Source of the DNA: Hyphomicrobiales bacterium | GTDB lineage: Bacteria > Pseudomonadota > Alphaproteobacteria > Rhizobiales > Aestuariivirgaceae | Assembly (NCBI GenBank): GCA_045802365.1 | Contig: JBJMRA010000067.1 | Location: 1-39,001, forward strand | Length of the DNA stretch: 39,001 bases | Direction of reading: 5' to 3' | Part shown: piece by piece, positions 26,572 to 34,002 of the stretch | Numbering within the stretch: position 1 is the first letter of the stretch | Layout of the letters: every line of letters begins with the position of its first letter | Translations under genes and position numbers: made by a program | Notes under the pieces: generated by a model | Databases searched by the model: none | Told to the model about the DNA's origin: nothing | Seen by the model: only the letters and a program-made list of their open reading frames with translations

Positions 26572-27018
26572 GTGCGAACGGTCTTCATGCTGCTGGCGGT
26601 GATCGCCGGCGCGGCTTTCCCGATTCAGGCGAGCATAAACGGGGAGTTCGCGCAACGTGGCGCGACCATCTTCTGGGCGGTCGCGATATCCGCGGCGCTG
26701 ACTGCCCTGACAACCGCGCTTGTCGCGGCATTCGTCCTGCGCATTCCGCCGCCCTCGCTTGAGCTTTTCGCCCGGATTCCGCCCTGGCTGTGGTGGGGCG
26801 GCTTCCTCGGCGTGCTCGTCCTCGGGATCATGTCCTTCTTACCGCAGCGGATCGGAGCGGCGACGATGATCGCATGCTTCATCGCCGGGCAGACGCTCTG
26901 CGCGCTCGCTCTCGACCATTGGGGCGCATTCGGACTCCCCCAGCAGGATGTGAGTGCCGGGCGCCTCCTCGGAGTCGGATTCATTGTGGGCGGAGTGCTG
27001 CTCGTGCGTCTGCTCTAG
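26572..27018 (+). CDS. small DMT-superfamily membrane protein (DUF606/YdcZ-like)
   Basis: 148-aa ORF (GTG at 26572, or ATG at 26587) with four to five hydrophobic helices. FPIQASINGEF and LALDHWGAFGL fit the YdcZ-type pattern as I recall it. Confidence 0.7.
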   Translation: MRTVFMLLAVIAGAAFPIQASINGEFAQRGATIFWAVAISAALTALTTALVAAFVLRIPPPSLELFARIPPWLWWGGFLGVLVLGIMSFLPQRIGAATMIACFIAGQTLCALALDHWGAFGLPQQDVSAGRLLGVGFIVGGVLLVRLL

Positions 27019-27952
27019 GGGGAGAAACATCGCCACATCGTTCAAGCCGAAACCGGTCCACGGCTGGGTCGTGTTGGACAAGCCCGAAGGCCTGACCTCG
27101 ACGCAGGCGGTGGCGCGCGTCAAACGCTTGTTCCAGGCGGAAAAGGCGGGGCACGCCGGGACGCTCGATCCACTGGCTTCAGGGCTTCTGCCCATTGCGC
27201 TCGGCGAGGCCACCAAGACGGTCTCCTTCGCAATGGAGGGCAGGAAGACCTATCGTTTCACGGTGACCTGGGGCGAGGAAAGGACGACCTGCGATCGCGA
27301 GGGCGAGGTGATCCAGCGGTCCGAGTTGCGGCCGACATCGCGGGAAATCGAGGCTATTCTTCCGAACTTCAGGGGCGAGGTCATGCAGGCGCCGCCCGCC
27401 TTCTCGGCGATCAAGATCGCCGGCGAGCGCGCATACGATCTCGCCCGGGCGGGGGGAACCGTCGAGCTCCCGCCGAGACGGGTCACCATCGAAGAATTAA
27501 GGCTTGTCGGGGTCGATCGTCCCGATTGGGCGGGTTTCGAGATCGTCTGCGGCAAGGGCACCTACATCCGTGCGCTGGCCCGCGACCTCGGTCGGGCGCT
27601 TGGCACCTATGGATATGTATCGGCGCTGCGCCGCATCGCAGTCGGCTCATTTTCCGAAGGTGAGATGGTGCCCCTGGAAATGTTGGAGGAGATGCGCCAT
27701 AAGGCCCCCGGCGACAACGCCATGGAAGGGGTTCTCCGCCCCCTCGAGACCGCGCTGGACGGCATCCCGGCGCTGGCCGTGAGAGACGCGGAGGCCCAAC
27801 GCCTGAAGCAGGGCCAGCCGGTGCTGCTCAGAGGCGCGAATGCTCCGATCGCTAGGGATGCGGTGCTGGTCACCTGGGGCGGCAAGCCCTGGTGCATCGC
27901 GTCCATAGAGGAGGGGCAGCTCAAGCCCAGGCGGGTATTCAACCTACTCTAG
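26954..27952 (+). CDS. truB: tRNA pseudouridine-55 synthase
   Basis: [18 protein letters not shown] and the catalytic-Asp motif [23 protein letters not shown]. The start is uncertain: GTG at 26954, TTG at 26984, or a non-canonical ATC at 27029 preceded by GGGGGAG (see findings). Confidence 0.93.
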   Translation: MPGASSESDSLWAECCSCVCSRGRNIATSFKPKPVHGWVVLDKPEGLTSTQAVARVKRLFQAEKAGHAGTLDPLASGLLPIALGEATKTVSFAMEGRKTYRFTVTWGEERTTCDREGEVIQRSELRPTSREIEAILPNFRGEVMQAPPAFSAIKIAGERAYDLARAGGTVELPPRRVTIEELRLVGVDRPDWAGFEIVCGKGTYIRALARDLGRALGTYGYVSALRRIAVGSFSEGEMVPLEMLEEMRHKAPGDNAMEGVLRPLETALDGIPALAVRDAEAQRLKQGQPVLLRGANAPIARDAVLVTWGGKPWCIASIEEGQLKPRRVFNLL

Positions 27953-27968
27953 TTTTGGAGATGACCGA

Positions 27969-28238
27969 ATGACCGTGACGCAGGAGCGCAAGGCGGCGCT
28001 GATCAAGGATTATGCCACGAAGAATGGCGACACCGGTTCGCCCGAGGTGCAGGTGGCGCTTTTGACCGAGCGCATCAACACCCTCACCGAGCACTTCAAG
28101 ACCCACAAAAAGGACAACCATTCCCGCCGCGGCCTCCTCAAGATGGTGAGCCAGCGGCGTGGCCTTCTCGACTATCTCAAGTGGTCGGACGAAGGCCGCT
28201 ACCAGACGCTGATCAAGCGTCTCGATATCCGCCGCTGA
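27969..28238 (+). CDS. rpsO: 30S ribosomal protein S15
   Basis: 89-aa [18 protein letters not shown]...[51 protein letters not shown], with GGAG 8 nt upstream. Confidence 0.97.
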   Translation: MTVTQERKAALIKDYATKNGDTGSPEVQVALLTERINTLTEHFKTHKKDNHSRRGLLKMVSQRRGLLDYLKWSDEGRYQTLIKRLDIRR

Positions 28239-28400
28239 GGCGGCTGTCGAAAAATCGAGCGGGCGGATCACCGTTTCGCCGCCCGCGATCCCCGCATAGG
28301 GGTCCGGCAATGGGGCCGGATCCCAAGGCCCACAGGGGATGCCGTCCAGGGTGTCGGTGAGCGCTAGTCAAGCGGCGGCGAAGGGCAATGAGGAAATCAC

Positions 28401-30566
28401 ATGTTCGATATCGATGTTGAAGAATTCGAGTGGGGCGGCAAGCGTCTGAGGCTCGAGACCGGCCGCATGGCGCGGCAGGCGGACGGAGCCGTGCTCGCGA
28501 CCTATGGGGAAACCACCGTGCTTGCGACCGCTGTTGCCGAGCGCTCGCCGAAGCCTGGGCTCGACTTCTTTCCGCTGACCGTCAATTATCAGGAAAAGAC
28601 CTACGCCGCGGGCAAGATCCCCGGCGGCTATTTCAAACGTGAAGGGCGTCCGACGGAACGCGAGACGCTCGTATCTAGGCTCATCGACCGGCCGATCCGT
28701 CCCCTGTTCGTCGAGGGCTTCCGAAACGAGACGCAAGTCATCGCGACCGTGCTCTCCTACGATCTTGAGAACGACAGCGACGTTGTCGCGATGGTCGCGG
28801 CCTCGGCGGCGCTCACCCTCTCCGGAATTCCGTTCCGCGGTCCGATCGGCGCCGCGCGCGTCGGCGTCGTTAACGGCGAGTACGTGCTCAACCCGACGAT
28901 CGAGCAGATGAAGTCCTCGGATCTCGATCTCGTTGTCGCGGGTACACAAGACGCGGTGCTGATGGTCGAGTCGGAGGCGAAGGAGCTTTCCGAGGACAGG
29001 ATGCTCGGCGCCGTCATGTTCGGACACCGCGAGTTCCAGCCGGTGATCGACGCGATCATCAGGCTGGCCGAGCGCTCGGCGGGTGCCCCGCGCGAGTTCG
29101 AGCCCGGCGAGGATCGGGCGTTGTTCGACCGTGTGAAGGAGGTCGCCGAGGCGGACCTTAGGACTGCGTACCAGATCAGCAAGAAGGAAGATCGTCACGA
29201 GGCGGTGGCCCAAGCGAAGGATAAGGTGCTCGGGGCCCTCATTCTCGAGGGCGCGGACGACAATCCCTCCGAGCAGAAGGTCGGCGAGGCCTTCAAGCAT
29301 CTCGAGAAAGACATCGTCCGCGGCAGCATCCTCGATACCGGTTTGCGGATCGACGGACGCGACCTCGTGACGGTGCGGCCGATCCAGGCCGAAGTCTCGG
29401 TCCTGCCGCGCACGCACGGTTCGGCGCTCTTCACCCGCGGTGAGACGCAGGCGCTCGTGGTGACGACGCTCGGCACCGGGGAGGACGAGCAGTACATCGA
29501 CTCGCTCGAAGGTACCTACAAGGAAACCTTCATGCTGCATTACAACTTCCCCCCCTTCTCGGTGGGCGAGACAGGCCGTCTCGGCGGGGCGGGACGGCGC
29601 GAGATCGGGCACGGCAAGCTCGCCTGGCGCGCCATTCATCCGATGCTGCCGCCCAGCGACCAATTCCCCTATACGATCAGGGTCGTTTCGGAGATCACGG
29701 AGTCGAACGGCTCCTCTTCGATGGCGACGGTCTGCGGTTCGTCGCTGTCGCTCATGGATGCGGGTGTGCCGCTCAAGTCGCCGGTCGCCGGGATTGCCAT
29801 GGGTCTCATCAAGGAGGGCGAGCGCTTCGCGGTCCTTTCCGACATCCTTGGAGACGAGGATCATCTGGGCGACATGGACTTCAAGGTGGCCGGTACCGCC
29901 AACGGCGTGACCTCGCTCCAGATGGACATCAAGATCACCGGCATCACCGAGGAAATCATGAAGACGGCGCTCTGGCAGGCGCGCGAGGGACGGCTCCACA
30001 TCCTCGACAAGATGGCGGACGCGCTCGAACGTGCGCGTCCGGGTCTCGGCGAATATGCGCCGCGCATCGAGGTGATCACCATTCCGACCGACAAGATCCG
30101 CGAAGTCATCGGAACCGGGGGCAAGGTCATCCGCGAGATCGTCGAAAAGACGGGCGCCAGGATCGACATCTCCGATGACGGCACGGTCAAGGTCGCGTCC
30201 TCGTCCGGCCAGGCGATCAACGCCGCCCTCAAGTGGATCAAGTCGATCGTCTCCGAGCCCGAGATCGGCGAGATCTACGATGGCAAGGTGGTCAAGGTCG
30301 TCGACTTTGGCGCGTTCGTGAACTTTTTCGGCGCCCGCGATGGTTTGGTGCACGTCTCGGAGCTCGCTCCGCGGCGCGTTGCCAAGGTGAGCGATGTCGT
30401 CAAGGAGGGCGATACCGTCAAGGTGAAATTGCTCGGCTTCGATAACCGCGGCAAGGTCAGGCTGTCGATGAAGGCCGTCGACCAGCAGACCGGCGAGGAC
30501 CTGACCAAGAAGCAGCAGCAGGCGCCCGCCGAAGAGCACGAAGTCGCGGAAGTGTCCGAGGAGTAG
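28401..30566 (+). CDS. pnp: polyribonucleotide nucleotidyltransferase (PNPase)
   Basis: 721-aa ORF with two RNase PH domains ([11 protein letters not shown]..., [30 protein letters not shown]), then KH ([20 protein letters not shown]) and S1 ([15 protein letters not shown]) domains. Confidence 0.97.
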   Translation: MFDIDVEEFEWGGKRLRLETGRMARQADGAVLATYGETTVLATAVAERSPKPGLDFFPLTVNYQEKTYAAGKIPGGYFKREGRPTERETLVSRLIDRPIRPLFVEGFRNETQVIATVLSYDLENDSDVVAMVAASAALTLSGIPFRGPIGAARVGVVNGEYVLNPTIEQMKSSDLDLVVAGTQDAVLMVESEAKELSEDRMLGAVMFGHREFQPVIDAIIRLAERSAGAPREFEPGEDRALFDRVKEVAEADLRTAYQISKKEDRHEAVAQAKDKVLGALILEGADDNPSEQKVGEAFKHLEKDIVRGSILDTGLRIDGRDLVTVRPIQAEVSVLPRTHGSALFTRGETQALVVTTLGTGEDEQYIDSLEGTYKETFMLHYNFPPFSVGETGRLGGAGRREIGHGKLAWRAIHPMLPPSDQFPYTIRVVSEITESNGSSSMATVCGSSLSLMDAGVPLKSPVAGIAMGLIKEGERFAVLSDILGDEDHLGDMDFKVAGTANGVTSLQMDIKITGITEEIMKTALWQAREGRLHILDKMADALERARPGLGEYAPRIEVITIPTDKIREVIGTGGKVIREIVEKTGARIDISDDGTVKVASSSGQAINAALKWIKSIVSEPEIGEIYDGKVVKVVDFGAFVNFFGARDGLVHVSELAPRRVAKVSDVVKEGDTVKVKLLGFDNRGKVRLSMKAVDQQTGEDLTKKQQQAPAEEHEVAEVSEE

Positions 30567-30590
30567 AGGTCAGCGCCGCTCGCCCCCCAA

Positions 30591-30633
30591 CCCTCGCCCG
30601 GAGGAGCATCGCCCAAGGCGATGCCTCGAAGGG
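30591..30633. repeat. REP-like palindromic element (second family, divergent copy) downstream of pnp
   Basis: CCCTCGCCCGGAGGAGCATCGCCCAAGGCGATGCCTCGAAGGG, with an inner 8-bp perfect hairpin GCATCGCC/GGCGATGC (30606-30624). Confidence 0.55.
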
Positions 30634-30674
30634 TTCGTCGATCACCCATGGCGGCGCCGATTGAGGCGTCCTGA

Positions 30675-30718
30675 ATGTGCTTCGAGGCCCGGCTTCGCCG
30701 GGCACCTCAGCATGAGGG
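30675..30718. repeat. REP-like palindromic element (second family), inverted relative to the copy at 26115
   Basis: Its reverse complement CCCTCATGCTGAGGTGCCCGGCGAAGCCGGGCCTCGAAGCACAT shares both flanks (CCCTCATGCTGAGGTGC ... CCTCGAAGCA) with 26115-26159. The inner hairpin is CCCGGC/GCCGGG. Confidence 0.65.
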
Positions 30719-30752
30719 TCACGAGACTCGAACTTCATCCCATTCGTCCGCC

Positions 30753-33700
30753 TCATGCGGTAAGCGGCCGGGAAGAGATTCTGAGTGTCCCCTCTATGGC
30801 AGCGGGAAGAAGCGGCGCGTCGACACCTTCGCCGTACCAACGGCGGCGGCCGAAAGCGCGGCGGAGGAGCATGTTTGCGTAGAGGCCGGGACCGCTCGAA
30901 TAGATGCGCCATCCCCCCTCGACTGCGATACCGCCGGCCTTGACCCGGTCCCACTCCGCTTCCGCAAGATAGCGATCAGGATACGCGGCGTCGCTGCTGC
31001 TGAAATAAGCATTCCTCTGCCGGAGGGATGCGTTCGGAAGGATGTCGGTGACCGCGATCGGATTAGCGACACCGAGCGCATTCCAGAGTCCTTCGGCGTC
31101 TCCCGCGACCGCCAATGCTTCGGCGTAGCGCAGATGCGCGTGGACATACATGAGACCGATCTCACGTCCGAAGAAGGCGGCCGACTCGGCGCGGCGGAAG
31201 AGGCGCTCGGTTCCGCCGTGATAGGCGACTGGCCGATCCATGAGCCGGGCGCCGTCTGGAAAGAGCAGATGGTCGCGGATGATCTCCAGATGACGGCCAC
31301 TCTGTTCCAGCGTGAACAGTCCGGCAATGATCGCCTGAGTCATCGGAATGAGCGAGTACCAGAGCCCGGTATGGCGGTCGAGTGGATGCAGCAGGAGCTC
31401 GGGCTTGCTCGTGCCGTCGCCGAACACTGCATATCCGGCAATCACGCCATCCACGATAAGATAGCGATTCACGTCTTGGCGGATGGCTGCGGCAAGCTCT
31501 TGGAGCGCACGCGCGTCGTGGCCTGCTCTTCGCAGCGCCTCCGCATAGCGCGTGACCTGCTCGAAGAAGAGGACGGCGGTCCAGCTGCTCACCATACTAT
31601 CCTTCATCCGCGGGTCGACGGGCTGCAGAGAATCGTTCCAGTCGCCCTCCCCGTAACGGAGGAGATGCGTTCCCGGGATGAAGCGGTCGCGCGCTGTGGC
31701 GATCAGCTTCTCGACGTGCGCGAACACCGAGTCGATCCGTTCGGTCCGATGAAAATCGTCATCGCCGCGCCAAGGGACGGGCTCGTCGAGAAACCCTAGA
31801 TCATTTGTCGCTTCGACGTAGTCACACAGCGCCTTGAGCGGCCAGACGATCACGTCCCCATGGGCATGCCGGTCCTGGATGTTCGAATAGGGCTCGAGCA
31901 TGAACCATTGCGGCCAGTCGCCCCGTTGCTCGTACTGCTGCGCGAACACGATCTCCAGAATGCGTCTCACCGTCTCGTCGTGCCCGAGTGTGAGCAGAAA
32001 CTCGACGGACCCCTGACATACGTCGCGCGTGCCCCATGCACCGCCCGTATACTGCTCGAGCCCGTGCGGCACGCTCAGATGAATGATCGCATTGTGAGCG
32101 AGCCATGGAAGCATCAGGTCCATAGCTCTCACAGCCGGGCTGTCTCCCTCGATCCGAACATTGCGGGTGATGCTCGTCCAGAACCGAGCCGCGGGCTCGA
32201 GCATCGCGGTGCGGCTTACCTTGCGCTCGTACTTGGCCGCCAGCCGCTCGGTTTCGGCGGGACTGCGAAGCGACCCGACCACGGCCCATCTCAGCTCGGC
32301 CGTCGGCTTTGTTCGAAAAGCGACGAACCCGCCGCCATGAGACCGGCCGACTTCGTGGAGAAGCTCGTCGCCGCCAAGCGCCTCGATGATGTCCGGGGTG
32401 CTCGTGACAAGCTGGAGCTGGGTGTCCGGATAGCGCCGGCCCCAGACCCAGGCCGGATCGGGACGGAACATCAGGCGATGGCGCGCGCGATCGAACTCGA
32501 TCGTCGAGGAGTGGTCGAACTCGCGCTCGCCCATGACGATCTGTGCGAAGACGATAAACCTGCAGACTGGACCCTCGACCTCGACCTGCCACTGGATGGC
32601 CGAGTCCTCGCCCGAGATCACTGCATCGACGATGATCGTCCGGTCCGCCAGCCGGTAAATCCAGCGGCAATCGCTCAATCCGATGTCGAACACAGATGGT
32701 ACCGTGAGAAGGCGCCAGCCCGCTCCCGTGTCGGCGAGCATGCGCATCCCGCTCGCCCGCGTGATGTTGTAGGGGTCCCGAGACACCGAGAAGACCTTGT
32801 GAAGGGCGGTGTTGCCGATGGTGAGCTGAGCGGCGAAAACGCCGTGCATCCAGCAGGTCGTGCAGAGGGTCTCCTCATCGGGCAGCACCGAGCTTCCGGA
32901 TCTGAGCAACGTTCCATGCCGGCGGGTGACCACGCGTTCTTTCGCGGCGAGGACGATATGTCGATTGTGCGCGCCGTCGGGAACGAAGAACGAGAGGAGC
33001 GCGCCTTGGCGGCGCTCTTCGTGCAGGCGCACCGGGTAGAGATTGTCGAGCCAATCCCCGGACATATCCTCGATCAATAGGGGAACGGCGTCTTCCACGA
33101 GAGTGCGCGCGGCAGGGCTTACCGCAGGCCGGCGAGGGGCGGTGGCCGAAGCGAGCCCGTCGAGGACCTCGAGGCGCGCGAGGTCGGACTCGCTCGATAC
33201 ATCGGGATGGTCGGGTTCGTAGAGTGCGAAGAACGTCCATGCGCACGATCCGCCTCGGGGCAGCCGCTGCAAGCGCGACTGGATACCCACGCACGCCACT
33301 TCGTGCTGACGCCGTTCGGCCGGGAGATCGCCGTCAAGCCCGAACGCGGGAAGGCTCCGGTCCCGGTAAAATGTTCCGAAGCTCTGCAACGCGTCGGTCG
33401 CAAAGGCGGGGGCGCCCTCGAGACAGCCATGAGCGATCCAGGGATGAGCGCCGCGTTGCGCGAGATTCTGCCTGCTCATGACGACGGGGCCATATTTCCC
33501 GTGGCGATCCACGAAGTGATCGATGTACTGCGAGGCGTAAGCCTCGTTGTTCATGATGAACCCGCGCTCTCCGAGGCCCACGTCCTGGAGGAGAAGGGCA
33601 TCGCATTCGATCTCCGCGTCGCCCATGTTGAGGATCGCTATCCGCCAAAACCAGACGCGCGAATCCTCTGCGAGCTCGAGGGTCGCGCGGTAGGTGATGA

Positions 33701-33998
33701 GCGCTGTCTCTCCCGCCCATTCGATCACATCATCTGACGCGCCCACCCGAACCGCGCCATAACCCATGATGGGGACGAGCTCACGGCCCTTTACGCGGGC
33801 GTAGAGACAGCCGATCCCGCGGTCGATAGGCGAGCCCAGCACCTGGTTGATCATTATGCGCCGGTCGGAGTCTACGTGCTCGATCGCAAAGACGGAGCCA
33901 TTCGGAAGTACGCTGGCCGCAACGCCGGTGCGATTGGCAATGCGAGTCAGGCCGAGATCGCCATCGCGGGGCGTCGTCCGAATGTCTGAAGGCGGCAT
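30753..33998 (-). CDS. GH94-like glycoside phosphorylase (cellobiose/1,2-beta-oligoglucan phosphorylase superfamily)
   Basis: 1081-aa ORF. The C-terminal (alpha/alpha)6-type region carries LRYGEGDWNDSLQP, resembling the catalytic-Asp DWND motif of GH94 enzymes and the NdvB/Cgs phosphorylase domain. The N-terminal LPNGSVFAIEH...INQVLGSP is typical of the family as I recall. The size resembles 1,2-beta-oligoglucan phosphorylases. The family call is from memory only. Confidence 0.6.
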   Translation of the reverse strand: MPPSDIRTTPRDGDLGLTRIANRTGVAASVLPNGSVFAIEHVDSDRRIMINQVLGSPIDRGIGCLYARVKGRELVPIMGYGAVRVGASDDVIEWAGETALITYRATLELAEDSRVWFWRIAILNMGDAEIECDALLLQDVGLGERGFIMNNEAYASQYIDHFVDRHGKYGPVVMSRQNLAQRGAHPWIAHGCLEGAPAFATDALQSFGTFYRDRSLPAFGLDGDLPAERRQHEVACVGIQSRLQRLPRGGSCAWTFFALYEPDHPDVSSESDLARLEVLDGLASATAPRRPAVSPAARTLVEDAVPLLIEDMSGDWLDNLYPVRLHEERRQGALLSFFVPDGAHNRHIVLAAKERVVTRRHGTLLRSGSSVLPDEETLCTTCWMHGVFAAQLTIGNTALHKVFSVSRDPYNITRASGMRMLADTGAGWRLLTVPSVFDIGLSDCRWIYRLADRTIIVDAVISGEDSAIQWQVEVEGPVCRFIVFAQIVMGEREFDHSSTIEFDRARHRLMFRPDPAWVWGRRYPDTQLQLVTSTPDIIEALGGDELLHEVGRSHGGGFVAFRTKPTAELRWAVVGSLRSPAETERLAAKYERKVSRTAMLEPAARFWTSITRNVRIEGDSPAVRAMDLMLPWLAHNAIIHLSVPHGLEQYTGGAWGTRDVCQGSVEFLLTLGHDETVRRILEIVFAQQYEQRGDWPQWFMLEPYSNIQDRHAHGDVIVWPLKALCDYVEATNDLGFLDEPVPWRGDDDFHRTERIDSVFAHVEKLIATARDRFIPGTHLLRYGEGDWNDSLQPVDPRMKDSMVSSWTAVLFFEQVTRYAEALRRAGHDARALQELAAAIRQDVNRYLIVDGVIAGYAVFGDGTSKPELLLHPLDRHTGLWYSLIPMTQAIIAGLFTLEQSGRHLEIIRDHLLFPDGARLMDRPVAYHGGTERLFRRAESAAFFGREIGLMYVHAHLRYAEALAVAGDAEGLWNALGVANPIAVTDILPNASLRQRNAYFSSSDAAYPDRYLAEAEWDRVKAGGIAVEGGWRIYSSGPGLYANMLLRRAFGRRRWYGEGVDAPLLPAAIEGTLRISSRPLTA

Positions 33999-34002
33999 GA
34001 GG

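Noticed and set aside
28368-30539. 723-aa ORF antisense to pnp
   Set aside because: The same high-GC shadow-frame artefact. PNPase on the plus strand has all its domains intact.
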